Below are positions 38,919-49,786 of a stretch of DNA of 64,000 nt, in pieces. Below the pieces are notes generated by a model, which was not told the DNA's origin, did not search any database, and saw nothing but the letters and a program-made list of their open reading frames with translations. The position numbers and the translations under genes are program-made. Location: assembly GCA_000002435.2 (NCBI GenBank), contig CM018793.1; one strand, given 5' to 3'. Positions within the stretch are counted from its first letter, which is position 1. Each line of letters opens with the position of its first letter. This DNA comes from Giardia intestinalis. Lineage: Eukaryota.

Positions 38919-40439
38919 ATGCTTGACGCTAACAGGGCTGTGCTCGACACCATCCTGAGGAGCTTCCGCGAGGCTGAGAATGTCTGGGAGACATTCTTTA
39001 AGATCTGTGAAGTACCCCATGGCTCCTACAACCAAGAGCAGATCATTCCGTTCTACACGTCGTTCTTTGATAACCTCAAGACTAGCATTTCTGGACTCAC
39101 ATACTCGGTAGACGGACTTAAGAACATAATCGTACGAGTTCCAGCCACACCGGGCTATGAGCGTGTCCCTGGCATATGTTTGCAAGGCCACAGCGATATG
39201 GTCTGCGTGAAGACGGCGGATTCGTCTCATGACTTCAAGAAGGACCCCTTGATGCTCCGCGTGGTACAGAAGGATGGAAAGGAGTGGTTAATGGCCACCG
39301 GGACAACCTTGGGGGCAGACAACTCCATAGGCGTTGCCATCGGGATTGCCATTTTGCTGGAGTGCGCCAAGGATAAAACCTTCTTGCACGGACCGTTGGA
39401 GCTATTTATCACGTCTGACGAAGAAGTTGGCCTCCTCGGAGCTGCTGGAATGGAAGAAAACTGCCTAACGTCGAAGTATCTCCTGAACTTGGACTCAGAA
39501 GACTTCGGAGAGATATGTGTCAGCTGTGCAGGCGGGTTTCGCGTTACGTTCACGCATACAATCAAGCGCGTAGACGCCGGCACTGATCCTTACTATAAGC
39601 TCCATCTATCCAAACTTAGTGGTGGACACTCTGGCTGTGATATCCACCTATATCGTGCTAACACCATCAAATTGATGGCACGCCTTGTTTCGAAGATTCC
39701 AGGTGCCAGGCTCTGCGCCCTCTCTGGTGGCTCTGCCCATAACGCCATCCCAGGGTCTTGCCAGGCGGTCATCACGTGTCGCTCAGACATTACGCCCGCA
39801 CATATTGCCAAGATTTGGGACGAGATTTATATTGCATACAAACCCACAGATCCCCACGCAGTTCTTTCTGTGGAGAAACATACGCAGCAGATCAAGCCCC
39901 TTTCTCAAGCTGACAGTGACAAGATACTCAACTTTATTACTGTCATCCCGCACGGGCCAATTCGCTTTTCACCAACTGTAGAAAACTTTGTCGAAACTTC
40001 TTTCGCAGCCACGATCGTGAAGCTTACTGAAGGAGAAACTGAATTCTCTCTTCTGGGTAGTGGGCGCTCCTCCATAGAGTCTGAATTGGATGGCGTCTAC
40101 GAGCGTCTTAAGGCGTTGGCCAGTCTTGCCGGATTCTCTATCTCTGAGCAGCAGTCAAGGTACCCGGGGTGGCCAGCCAATATGGAAAGCGTCTTTCTGA
40201 AGCAGGCAATCGAGAGCCACGAAACCTTGATTGGCTTTAAGCCTCATGTCGGCGCTGTGCATGCGGGCCTGGAGGCGGGTCTTATTTGCAAGAAGTGTCC
40301 TGGAATGGACGCGATTTCAATAGGACCCACTATAAAGAATCCTCATTCTCCCCAGGAGGCATTAGAGATATCCACTGTGGCGCCAATTTACAGACTGACG
40401 CGCGCTATAGTCTCTGAGTTGGCGGCGAAGTACAAGTAA
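38919..40439 (+). CDS. pepD: Aminoacyl-histidine (Xaa-His) dipeptidase PepD, peptidase family M20
   Basis: ATG at 38919. The M20 metal-binding motifs are present: CLQGHSDMVC, ATGTTLGADNSIGVA and ITSDEEVGLLGAAGM. The sequence is collinear with bacterial-type PepD (cytosolic non-specific dipeptidase) over about 500 aa. Confidence 0.8.
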   Translation: MLDANRAVLDTILRSFREAENVWETFFKICEVPHGSYNQEQIIPFYTSFFDNLKTSISGLTYSVDGLKNIIVRVPATPGYERVPGICLQGHSDMVCVKTADSSHDFKKDPLMLRVVQKDGKEWLMATGTTLGADNSIGVAIGIAILLECAKDKTFLHGPLELFITSDEEVGLLGAAGMEENCLTSKYLLNLDSEDFGEICVSCAGGFRVTFTHTIKRVDAGTDPYYKLHLSKLSGGHSGCDIHLYRANTIKLMARLVSKIPGARLCALSGGSAHNAIPGSCQAVITCRSDITPAHIAKIWDEIYIAYKPTDPHAVLSVEKHTQQIKPLSQADSDKILNFITVIPHGPIRFSPTVENFVETSFAATIVKLTEGETEFSLLGSGRSSIESELDGVYERLKALASLAGFSISEQQSRYPGWPANMESVFLKQAIESHETLIGFKPHVGAVHAGLEAGLICKKCPGMDAISIGPTIKNPHSPQEALEISTVAPIYRLTRAIVSELAAKYK

Positions 40440-40548
40440 ACTGGAGTAGGCTGACAGGTGACGTAGGCCATCGTACACTGATGGCAGAGACCGTGCGCAA
40501 TGTAAGTTTACAAGGCAGAATCGGGTCCGGACTTCCGCCCTCAGAATA

Positions 40549-41763
40549 TCATGGAGTGGGGTGGTCAGGACTCTCATTCTCCTCATCAAACTCGCAAGTG
40601 TTATAGTCTGGTGCTTGGTCATTGGTCGGATCATTTGGTAGTATACTAGTGTCAGCCCTGGTTGGTGACTCTTCTATAGTTGACTTGGTCAGAGTTCTAG
40701 ATTGTCTAGTCTTTTCAGGCGCCTTCGACTTTTTCGCGCCGCTTGTCGTGGTCGTAGGGCTGTTGCTTGACTTTCCGGTCCTGTATTCTCCGGTGAGATA
40801 TGTTTCATATCGCCGCCTCTCCTCTTCTTCAACCTGCTTGCTTTGCTCTATTCTGCGCATTAGCCTCTGCTCTTGCTTCTTCAATCGCCGGAGCTCATCT
40901 TCGTTGGCCCGACGTTCCATTTCTAAGCGATCCATTTCCTTCTGCTGTCTTTCCTTCGACCTTGTTATCCAGTACATCTTTGGGTCGTCGCAAATAGCAT
41001 TTGCGTTCATCGCTTTTGCTTGTGCAACAAGCTCCTTCTGGCGCTTATCCCACTCTTTCCTCTTCTCGGCGAGCATTTGGGCCACCGATGCACGATAGCT
41101 AGCAGCTTCTTCTCGATTCTTGTTTTGAATATCCTCTCTGTTTCGAGCAGCGTTTTCGTGGAGGGAGGCGGCCATCTGCTTGACCGTTTCTCGCAGCTCT
41201 GCAGAGTTGTCGACACGCGCCTGCATAACAAGCTCCATTTCACGCTTCATCCGATCGGCCTCTTCACGCTTGAGCTTCATTTGCTCTGCTATGTCTGTTG
41301 CATTTTTGGCCTTAGCCTCTGCCATCTTCGCTTCGGCCTCCAATTTGCGGAGCCTTGTCTGCTGCATCCAAACTTCCTTGTAGGATGCAAAGACGTTTGA
41401 TTTCTTGTCAGTCATGTTAGTTGTATCCTTACGCCTCTTGGACGAAGCGGCGTTCGGGCTAGGGCTATCTGAACTCTTGTGCATTTTATTGCTAGGGGCT
41501 TTTCCGCCATTGCCTCCGTGCTTAGCTTTTCTTGGGACTTGGTGCGCATTAGAAGCGCTCCTGTCTAAGCGCTCAGGGTGCTGTGAAGCGGACCCACTGA
41601 GAGCGTCATTTGGTTCCTGTTGATGCTTAGTTTCCTTAGCCTCCGGCTCTTGTCCAACTGCTTCACCTGCTTCTAGGTTCTGCTTTTCATCGAGTAGCAT
41701 TTCCTGTTGGATTGCGGATGCGTCCTTCACTGGCTGCCCACCACCCGACATCTCAGTGGTCAT
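40549..41763 (-). CDS. Hypothetical charged coiled-coil protein (404 aa)
   Basis: ATG at 41763. There is a Ser/Lys-rich N-terminus, then a long E/R/K-rich coiled coil (RLRKLEAEAKMAEAKAKNATDIAEQMKLKREEADRMKREMEL...). No specific homology. Confidence 0.5.
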   Translation of the reverse strand: MTTEMSGGGQPVKDASAIQQEMLLDEKQNLEAGEAVGQEPEAKETKHQQEPNDALSGSASQHPERLDRSASNAHQVPRKAKHGGNGGKAPSNKMHKSSDSPSPNAASSKRRKDTTNMTDKKSNVFASYKEVWMQQTRLRKLEAEAKMAEAKAKNATDIAEQMKLKREEADRMKREMELVMQARVDNSAELRETVKQMAASLHENAARNREDIQNKNREEAASYRASVAQMLAEKRKEWDKRQKELVAQAKAMNANAICDDPKMYWITRSKERQQKEMDRLEMERRANEDELRRLKKQEQRLMRRIEQSKQVEEEERRRYETYLTGEYRTGKSSNSPTTTTSGAKKSKAPEKTRQSRTLTKSTIEESPTRADTSILPNDPTNDQAPDYNTCEFDEENESPDHPTP

Positions 41764-41842
41764 TTAATTTTAATTGCTTTTATTATTCGCCAATATTCTG
41801 AAATAACAACAAGAAACAGGGTAAGAAAAAGCATCAGAGGTC

Positions 41843-43180
41843 ATGTCGATGGACGTTCCTAACGGGCTTTGCTGTCGTTACTGCGGTCGACGATGGTTTA
41901 AGCATGATATTCAAGTTCATGAGAAAAACTGCAGACTCAAGATCCTATCCACCATTAAAGTTCTTGAGGGAAGGTACCATAAAATGCACATCCCGGCTCC
42001 TCCTGAATGGGAACCGTGGATTCTGCCCCCAAAAGTGTCACTGGCTGAATACAACAACTATGCAAGTCGTTTCTATTCGTCCACAATGCCGGAATGCCCC
42101 TCGTGTTTGCGGAAATTTCCTATTACAGCACTGAATGAACACATCAACGAATGTACAGAGAGCCTAGGGAGAAGCATGGGTGGGACAGTTGGCGGTGGTC
42201 TCGGGGCCACTGGTGGCGCTACGAAGAAGCTTAAGGCCTCTTTGGGTCCAGATGAGGGCCGTGCTACCCAGAAGCCTAAGCTCAAACCAAAGCCTCAGCC
42301 TCAGCCCACGTCAGGCCCAGGAATTGACAACAAGTTTGGCGGTCCTCCTGTGTCAAGACAAGGCCCCGATATGGGGGCACGAGCAGGCGGCGCAGACATG
42401 AAGATCGGTGGCAGCGGGAAGGGTACGTATAACTTTGACAACATAGAGGTGGAATCTGGCGGTGTGGACGGCCGCATAGAGTGCCACAGGTGTGGACGCA
42501 AGTTTGCTCCTGACCGCATAACGCAGCATGAGCGCATATGCAACAAGCTTAAGGCTCTTCCGGATGAAGTAGATAAGGCGGCAGATGGGGACACAAACTA
42601 TGCCCGTACCCGTGAGCCCGATCCCTCTAGGTTCAAGAAAAATGGTACGACTGGATTCAACAAGGCAAACATAGTCCCTAAGACCCTTACTAGCAGTGGA
42701 GATCACGATAGCCGAAGCCCGCCAATAAAGTCCAGCTCTAATGCCGCTGCACGTGGAAAGCCATTTGGTGGAAAAGGAATGGGTGGAAGCGCTCCATTTG
42801 GCGGCGGCGGTGGTGGCATGAATGATGGACGTGTCGAGTGTAGGCGCTGTGGCCGTAAATTTGCACCTGACCGCATAGATAAGCATGAGAGTATATGCAA
42901 GAACATTCAGAATATGGATCCTAGGGCTAACAATCCCAATCTTCGAGAGAACATGATTGCTACGTCGCGTGCAAGCACAATTGGGTCTTCTGGAGCAGGT
43001 ACTAGGCAGAGTGGAAATATGGGGAGAAGCATGGGTCCTCAAAGAGGCTCTGGGGCACCCACTCGAGCTCCTCCTGCGCGCTCTGCCACTGGCGGACAGT
43101 CAAAGTTTTGTAGTGAGTGCGGGTCGAAGTTCGCTTCAGACACAGCGAAATTCTGTATGGAGTGTGGCTCAAAGCGCTAG
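41843..43180 (+). CDS. C2HC-type zinc-finger protein (ZC2HC1/FAM164-like), four C2HC units plus C-terminal CxxC pair
   Basis: ATG at 41843. Repeats CRYCGRRWFKHDIQVHEKNC, CPSCLRKFPITALNEHINEC, CHRCGRKFAPDRITQHERIC and CRRCGRKFAPDRIDKHESIC match the zf-C2HC_2 pattern C-x2-C-x(12)-H-x3-C. Confidence 0.65.
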   Translation: MSMDVPNGLCCRYCGRRWFKHDIQVHEKNCRLKILSTIKVLEGRYHKMHIPAPPEWEPWILPPKVSLAEYNNYASRFYSSTMPECPSCLRKFPITALNEHINECTESLGRSMGGTVGGGLGATGGATKKLKASLGPDEGRATQKPKLKPKPQPQPTSGPGIDNKFGGPPVSRQGPDMGARAGGADMKIGGSGKGTYNFDNIEVESGGVDGRIECHRCGRKFAPDRITQHERICNKLKALPDEVDKAADGDTNYARTREPDPSRFKKNGTTGFNKANIVPKTLTSSGDHDSRSPPIKSSSNAAARGKPFGGKGMGGSAPFGGGGGGMNDGRVECRRCGRKFAPDRIDKHESICKNIQNMDPRANNPNLRENMIATSRASTIGSSGAGTRQSGNMGRSMGPQRGSGAPTRAPPARSATGGQSKFCSECGSKFASDTAKFCMECGSKR

Positions 43181-43227
43181 AAGAGTAAACTAAAATGCAC
43201 AGCCAGTGGCAGTTTACACGCCCGTGC

Positions 43228-43659
43228 TTAACGCGCACGCTTCTCACGCTTCCTTAGGAAAAGAGCAAGAAGGCCGATCCCAGCGACCTTGATGACCTTA
43301 AACCTGCAACCTGGAATATCACCAACTGCACGACCTGCACGACCAAACCCTGCGACAAGCACCTCGTCATTGTTATCAATGTAGGTGATAGACCCGTCGC
43401 GAGGAACGAATGCGGTGATCTTCTTGCTGTTCTTCGTCAGCTGCACACGCACGGCCTTACGGACGGCAGAGTTCGGCTGCTTCGCCGAAATCCCAATCTT
43501 CTGAGTGACTATCCCCCTGGCCATGCAGGCGCCCTCTAGAGGGTTGGCCTTGAGCCATGTGCCGAGGTGTGCCTTTCTATATTTCTTGTCGGCCCAGCGG
43601 TTGACGCGGCGGACCGTTCGGAGCTTGCGGGCAGTGTAGAGACCGGATGTCTTGCTCAT
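43228..43659 (-). CDS. RPS23: 40S ribosomal protein S23 (uS12)
   Basis: The ATG at 43659 gives [44 protein letters not shown]...[30 protein letters not shown]...[30 protein letters not shown], near-identical in pattern to eukaryotic uS12. The ORF track start at 43692 lies upstream of the true N-terminus. Confidence 0.9.
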   Translation of the reverse strand: MSKTSGLYTARKLRTVRRVNRWADKKYRKAHLGTWLKANPLEGACMARGIVTQKIGISAKQPNSAVRKAVRVQLTKNSKKITAFVPRDGSITYIDNNDEVLVAGFGRAGRAVGDIPGCRFKVIKVAGIGLLALFLRKREKRAR

Positions 43660-43772
43660 CAGCTCCGGACTAAACAAAAAACGGCATTTCAATTTTAAAT
43701 AGAAGTAATTTTTTGAAAGCGAATGCCGTCAAAAGTCAGAAATCGGCTGCTGCAGTTCCGGGTTTTTAAAAG

Positions 43773-45386
43773 ATGACATTCTACAACCACCGCACCGCAG
43801 CGCAGGCCCGCGCACGGGAGCTGGAGATGGAACAGAAGGCCGCGCAGCTGACCCAGTTTGCAAACGAGCACCGGGTAGGCCTTGCCATGGAGAAGATGGA
43901 GGACGCTGCTGAGTTCCGCCGTGCGCGAGCCACACGTCGCGAGGCAGAAAGGGAGTTTGCTATGATCCGGGAGCACGAGGAAGAACAAAAGAGACGCGCA
44001 GCGCTAGAGGCTCGTATACGACGTGAAGAACAAGAAGCACAGGAGAAGCGCGCAGCGCACCAGGCACATCTCGCGTTTTGTGCAAAGAAGGACATTGTGC
44101 TCAGCAAATCAGATGAGATCAAGACTTTGCGGCGAGCAATAGAGGCAGCCATAGCAGCGAAGGCGAACGCCCTTTGGACCGAGGAGCATCGACGCAATGC
44201 CGCTGCTGCTACTAGCGCAGCTCTGGCATGCGAAAAGGCCGAGATTGCTGCTGAGCTGGAGCGGAAGCGCCAGGAGGACGAGGCAATGATGCTTCGGATG
44301 CGCGAGGAAGAGGAGGCCCGGCGATTGGAGATAGAAGAGATGCGCGCACTCCGTGCAGCCCGGATTACCCAGGAAGCAGAGCACATGAAGAAACTCGAGC
44401 AGGATCTCGTGAAGGCAGCCATTGAGGCGGCCATGGCCGAGCGTGCTGCTCAACTCCAAGCCGTGGAGGCCAAACGCACGCAGGCCGCACTTGATCAAAA
44501 AGCCTTCTTAGAACAGAGGAGGCTGGCTGTGGAAGAGGCAAAGAAACGAGAGCAAGAAGAAGAGCTCCTTATTGCAAAGTACGAACGCGAACAGGAGGAA
44601 CGTGTTGCTCGGCGTGAGAGCCTTAGGAAGCGCCAAGCAGACGAGCGTGACTCGCTACTTAAGGCTTTGGCTGAGGAGTTAGCCCAAAAAGAACGGAGAC
44701 GCGAGCGTCTTGAGGAACTTCGTATTGCCCTTGCAGCGGCATACGAGGAGCAAAAGCGGCTACAGGCAGAGGAGGAAGATGAACTTAAGAAGCAAAAGGT
44801 GCGTCAAGAACTGCAGGCTGCCTTCAAAGAGGCTCAAGAGGCCCGCGCTCTGCGTGAAGCAGAGGAGCGCGCCCAGGAAGAAGAGTATAAGAGGAGGCAG
44901 CTTGAAGACTACAGGCATTCAGAGGAAGTGGAGCGTGTTAATGATAGGCGCCGCCGCGAACTTATGGTTGCATTCGGGCAAGAAATGTCTCGCCAGATCG
45001 AAGCCAATAGGGCTGCACGTGAACAGGCAGAGGTGGAGCGTCGTGCTGAGGAGCAGCGGATTATGAAGTTAGGAGAGCTAGATGATGAAGCTCTGGCAAT
45101 CATCCGGGCAGAACGTGAAAGATTGGTGCGGGATTATGTCGCAGAAGTATTGGAGTACATGCCTGTCGGCATTCTTACAGACGATGATTTGCAATATCTT
45201 CCGCTGGAGGTGCAAGAAAACATAAAAGGCTTGCGCCTGAATAAAGAGTTCAATGATCTTGGGGTCCAGGAACATGCCTCTGAGTTGACAACTGGTCTTA
45301 CACCACCTACACGAGACAAGATTGACGCCATTGAACGCCACCAGGCAGAATTAAAGCAGCGATTTACATCCCCCTTTCCTTGGTAA
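43773..45386 (+). CDS. E/R/K-rich coiled-coil protein with TPH (trichohyalin-plectin homology)-like repeats; MNS1/CFAP53/trichoplein-like axonemal protein
   Basis: ATG at 43773. It is 537 aa of almost continuous RREAERE/EEQKRRAALEARIRREEQEAQEKR-type repeats, characteristic of the TPH domain found in ciliary proteins. Confidence 0.55.
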   Translation: MTFYNHRTAAQARARELEMEQKAAQLTQFANEHRVGLAMEKMEDAAEFRRARATRREAEREFAMIREHEEEQKRRAALEARIRREEQEAQEKRAAHQAHLAFCAKKDIVLSKSDEIKTLRRAIEAAIAAKANALWTEEHRRNAAAATSAALACEKAEIAAELERKRQEDEAMMLRMREEEEARRLEIEEMRALRAARITQEAEHMKKLEQDLVKAAIEAAMAERAAQLQAVEAKRTQAALDQKAFLEQRRLAVEEAKKREQEEELLIAKYEREQEERVARRESLRKRQADERDSLLKALAEELAQKERRRERLEELRIALAAAYEEQKRLQAEEEDELKKQKVRQELQAAFKEAQEARALREAEERAQEEEYKRRQLEDYRHSEEVERVNDRRRRELMVAFGQEMSRQIEANRAAREQAEVERRAEEQRIMKLGELDDEALAIIRAERERLVRDYVAEVLEYMPVGILTDDDLQYLPLEVQENIKGLRLNKEFNDLGVQEHASELTTGLTPPTRDKIDAIERHQAELKQRFTSPFPW

Positions 45387-46502
45387 ATGGTTGTTTTCCT
45401 CACTATTTCTTGCATCGTGTACTACTAATCTGTTTTCGAAGACTCGTGATGTCCTCACTTTCACCTCAACAACTGTGAGCCCTTTGAGCACATTACAGAT
45501 GGCCGAATTACAGTCCTTTCAGGCCAGATTCCTAACTACAAAACATCAGTATGGCCCTTGACCCCCACTTCTGCACCGTCCCCATTCGATGCAGGACGCC
45601 TCATCATCCGGTCCTTTCAAGTCTCTATGCATGATCCGTGGCCTTGTGTTCCGCACTGTGCCTTGCATCCTGGTAGTCACCTCCACTGGGTCCTTGCCAG
45701 CGGGGCCGACGGTCTCACAGCGATCGCGTATGACAGAGCAATCACCATCTAATGTGCGAGCCCTGTGATAGGCCGTGATGTTGGAAGGCGACATCGGTCA
45801 AAGAGGAGACATAGCCACACATTACGAGCCACGATGACATGACACATTGCATAGCATCGTGATATATGCGTGCATAACCGGTACACCAATAGGCATAGAA
45901 ACAGCACACCAGTGCCACCAGGTCATGATGACCACTCTACCCACCAGTTATTTTTAAGACTGTGCTACTGGAGCCTACTTACAGGCGTAGTCCAGAGACT
46001 TCACAAGTAAGTCTCATCCAAGTCATGGCCAGTGTGGAGACAAGGGTTGATCGTTGATGGTATATTAAGGGAATTTCCCTCCATTTGTATATTAGAGTCT
46101 CTTGTATTCCTCGGTCGCTTCATGCGATGTGCGTGTCCAGGGGTGCTCGTGTGTCTGTCCAGGGTTCAGACCTTTGCAAGGACACACGTTGTCCATTAGT
46201 ATGCCTCGCTTTTTAATCTGCCGTCTGGTGAACGAGCCTGGGTTGTCACTTCTTTTTCAATAGAAGTCTCCTCTGTCGCGACGGCTGCTGTCGAGGTCTG
46301 GCTTTACTGGCTGGGGTCGTCTTTCGGTGTCTGTCCAGCCGTGGTCCCGGAGGCCGGCGCTCCCTCCTGTTCGTAGTCCCCCAGGTCAGTGGGTCCAGTC
46401 GACAGTTAGAAGCAGGCCGGCAGGAGGAGTTGCCGGGTGGACGCCACAGGGTAGTGAAGGCCAGACAGAGCGCTCCCGGCGTCGCTGGGCCCCTTGAACT
46501 TA

Positions 46503-47766
46503 ATTTACTCTCCGCTTCACCGGGGCGGGGTTGTCCCCTGCCACCTGACCAGGTCCTCCATGCGAGCCACCGCCGCCCCGGACAAGCCACTCCCCCCATG
46601 CACCGGCCGAGATCCAGAATCCGAAATCAGAAGGTCAGATGTCGTCCAGCTCCGACGGGGAGGATTGTGCCTCCTCCTCCAGGGTGGTAACGAATGCAGA
46701 TGAGCGTCCGAGGCTGGTGGTGGGATCAGCCTCTCACACGCTAAGCTGACGCTCACCAGGATCATTGCCCGCTGGTCGAGATGGACCCACACGTGACCCA
46801 TGTAAATCCCTCGACAAGAAATAGGAGTTGGGGTGCTTGGCTGGCAGAGGTGGACTGATCCTGCCCGCACCGGAGAGTATTGGCCTGGGCCACCTGCCGG
46901 GTGTCTGCCACAGCAGTTGGCAGTGCCTGACACCCTCGAGTAGACAGGTGTCGTCTGCCGAGCAAGCCGACTTCGGTGAGCCAGTCCTAATCGCTCTTGG
47001 TGCCTCAGACGACGCCTCTCAGAGAGGTGGCCCTGGACCGACGCCTCGACAGACCGAAGCATCACCCCCAAGTGTGTTGTGCAGTGCAGATGGAGCCCAC
47101 ACGTCACTGAGCCAGATGCACTGCACAGGGTGGGCGTCGACGCGGTCTCGTGCTGGGTGACGGACCACCTGCAAGAGCGCACTGCGATCCATGAGCAGAG
47201 GGCCGGGCCTCTTCTCCGACACAACGCATGGGAGTACTCCATCGACATCCACGAACGCGTACCACACCCCAAGATAGAGGCGCACGGGGAGCGCACCCCC
47301 GACAGCAGGGTCGATGGTCCACGTCATGGGGAGACGAAGAGGCACCCCAAGAAACGGGGTAGACACCCGGGGTCGTGGCGTGCGATCTTCGTCATGGAAC
47401 ACCAGGGTCCCGGGCCACGTGGAGGCCAGATCGCCGCGACAGACGCAAGACCCTGAATAACGGGTGCTCACTAGATGTCAGACGATGGTTGACCCCGACG
47501 GGCCAGAGGGAGGGAAGTCCTAGGGGGCACCGCGAGGAGCGGCAGCTTTTAGGAGAGCTGGGACATAGGGGTTCTTCCGCCGGAATCGAGGGCATCCGAC
47601 CTCGGACTCTGGACTCTGCCTAGAAGCGAAAGACCTGCCTTCACTTGCCTCAACTGCCATTAAACTCCGATCTTTCCCAGTGCATCGAAGCAAAAATAAG
47701 ACTGTCCGGGCTGCCTCCACGTGCTAATAGATCCCATCAGAAGCAGACGAGTCGTGGAGATGGGCT
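46503..47766. repeat. Left arm of a 1264-bp perfect inverted repeat (partner 57425-58688)
   Basis: Every ORF called in this arm has an identical-translation twin on the opposite strand of the right arm, and their coordinates sum to 105191 (for example 47019-47471(-) equals 57720-58172(+), and 46517-47296(-) equals 57895-58674(+)). The ends were mapped by direct base comparison (left ...tggagatgggct|g versus right c|agcccatctcca...). The arms are GC-rich and have no recognisable coding homology. Confidence 0.9.
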
Positions 47767-47963
47767 GCTCTCCTCGCATCGATGCAGCTCATCGGCAGGC
47801 ACAGGATATCGGGTGCACCGTCCCCAGCCATGACGGTGTCAACGGCGATGTGCATAGCACTCTCGAGGGCAGGGGAGCGGTCACCCCTTTTCCCGGTTGC
47901 TGGCTGGCTAGCAACGTACATAAGGCGCACCCGCTTGTCAGGCAGCTGCACCACTAGTGACGC

Positions 47964-47970
47964 GTTTACT
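47964..47970 (-). terminator. Putative polyadenylation signal AGTAAAC (AGTRAAY) for VSP unit A
   Basis: On the minus strand it lies 13 nt downstream of the TAG at 47985-47983. Confidence 0.4.
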
Positions 47971-47982
47971 ATCTAAGTACAT

Positions 47983-49710
47983 CTACGCCTTGCCCCGGCA
48001 GATGAACCACCAGCAGAGGAAGCCCACAAGGCCAGCCACGACGACAACCGCCGCGACGGAGATCCCCGCGATGGCCCCCGTGGAGAGCCCGCTCCTGTTG
48101 GCGCCAGAGGACACACAGGAGGTCCCACTGCTGTCTAGACTGAAGCCACTGTTGCACTCTTCACACACACCGTCCATCACACAGCTCTTGCAACCACCCA
48201 CAGAGCACAGCACACACCCGCTGCCGTCCTTGTTGGGCTTCTTACTACTGTCACAAGAGGTACACACAGCGGGGGTCATACCAGCCCCAGTCAAAGGTGT
48301 CGGGGCTGTACACTGAGAGCAGCCATCCACTCCCACATATGCCTTAGCAGTATCACCAGTGCCTGTTGATGTGCCTAGGGGGTTACCACATGCCAATACA
48401 GACTGATCAGTAGCCTTTGCTTCTGGGACTATGAAGTACCTATTGTTGGCCGCCTCTGTGCATATCCCACTACTATCTGCTTTCTTGCACATATGACTAC
48501 CTGGTACTTGACCAACCTTATAACAGCCATTCATGTACAAGAAGTATCCTGTAGTACACTGTGTACATGTATGACTGGCACAAGTATTAGCTCCTTTACC
48601 AGTATCAGTACATATACCATCAATTGGTACCTTACTGTTATCCCCACAGTATGAGCAATAGTGCTTTGTGTTGCCATTCTCGTCAATTATTATAGCATCG
48701 CAGGCTCCAGATGTCCCCCCGCAGGCAGTCTCATCCTCACAGGTCTTGGTACATGTAACAGGACTGGTACCACTCTGCTTGTAGTTCACCTTACAGGAGT
48801 TGCAGGTCAACGAGTTAGAGAAGGTGCACGTTGCACAACCAGGCACTCCATCTGTTGGGTTATCACAAGAGACACATGTGCCAGGACCACTGCCTTTCAT
48901 GAAGAATCCAGGCTTGCATGTATCACACTTATCATTGCCAGCAGCAGAGCATGTAGCACAATTATCACCACAGGCTGCGCATGTAGCGGTACCAAAGTAC
49001 CCCTCTAAGCATCCACTACAGGTTGGATTGCTATTTCCTGTCTTGGTACAGGTCTTGCAGCCAGGAACACCTGTATTACCGCTAGCCTTGTCGCTATCAT
49101 CGCCACAGGGGATACACTTAGTATTTCCCTCACTTAAAAAGTGCGTATTGCCACTTGCACACTCTCCCTCCGCAACGCACGTCGTCGTCCCGTCTGCCGC
49201 CGTCTTCACCATCTTGCTACTGCTGCAGGTCCTACATTGCGGCTTGCCAATAGTTGCATTGTACTCACAGGTGGCACAGTCAGCTATTCCACATGCCTTA
49301 CATTGGCCTGTTGTCGGGTCTGCATAGTTACCAGCACCGCATCCACTAGCCTCTACACAAGTGTTATCACCCTTCAGGTACTTCCCCTCAACGCATGCCG
49401 AGCATTGATTTTGATTACTCTCTGAGCAGGCAGAGCAGCCCTCTCCGCACTTCTTACACGTATTAGAAACGCTATCCTTAACGTACCCAGCCTTGCACTC
49501 AGTACACGTGGCAGGTCCTGGACTACTAGCTGGCGCCGTGCACTTGAGGCAGTTGGCCACTCCTTTGTTCTCATTCGCTCCCTTGATATCATGACAGAGT
49601 ATGCACTCGCTACCCTTCTCTGATGGTGCAGCCGGGTTCTTGAACAGGCCGTTATCTGCCTTACAAGTAGTGCATACTCCATTACTGGCTGCTGTGCAGA
49701 TATCACTCCA
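47983..49710 (-). pseudogene. vsp: VSP paralogue (unit A of tandem array), intact CRGKA C-terminus but no initiator ATG or signal peptide (5'-truncated VSP or donor copy)
   Basis: The frame is open from directly after an in-frame TAG (49713-49711) as WSDICTAASNGVCTTCKADNGLF...VANCLKCTAPASSPGPATCTEC... through to ...GAIAGISVAAVVVVAGLVGFLCWWFICRGKA-stop. The first in-frame ATG lies more than 110 codons in, and the ORF track 'M' at 49560 is GTG. There is no hydrophobic leader. Confidence 0.6.
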
Positions 49711-49760
49711 CTATCACCCTCTATCACACACTATCACCCATTATCACCCTCTATCACCCA
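49701..49760. repeat. Decamer microsatellite (GGGTGATAGN on the gene strand; CTATCACCCN on +), about 6 copies, at VSP unit junction. Equivalent blocks lie at 51521-51570 and 53321-53380
   Basis: tatcactcca ctatcaccct ctatcacaca ctatcaccca ttatcaccct ctatcaccca lies between the poly(A) signal of the upstream unit and the first codons of the downstream unit. It recurs at each of the three unit junctions. Confidence 0.6.
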
Positions 49761-49786
49761 CTGTACAGCATTCACTACCTAAGTAC

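Noticed and set aside
46517-47296. ORFs inside the inverted-repeat arms (259 aa, 150 aa, 110 aa and others; twins at 57720-58674) as possible transposase or novel genes
   Set aside because: Several overlapping frames are open on both strands (a GC-rich effect). No ORF has an ATG-anchored, homology-supported product. I see no RT/transposase/integrase motifs (no DDE, YxDD or HxxH). I describe the arms as non-coding repeat, with the caveat that a database search is needed.
47641-47766. Inner ends of the IR arms (…ctagaagcgaaagacctg…aaactccgatctttcccagtgcatcgaagc…) looked vaguely like an rRNA fragment
   Set aside because: I could not match it to Giardia SSU, 5.8S or LSU signature stretches from memory (for example SSU 5' CATCCGGTCGATCCTGCC, 5.8S ATCGATGAAGAACGCAGC). 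No rRNA call is made. A BLASTN against the Giardia rDNA unit would settle it.
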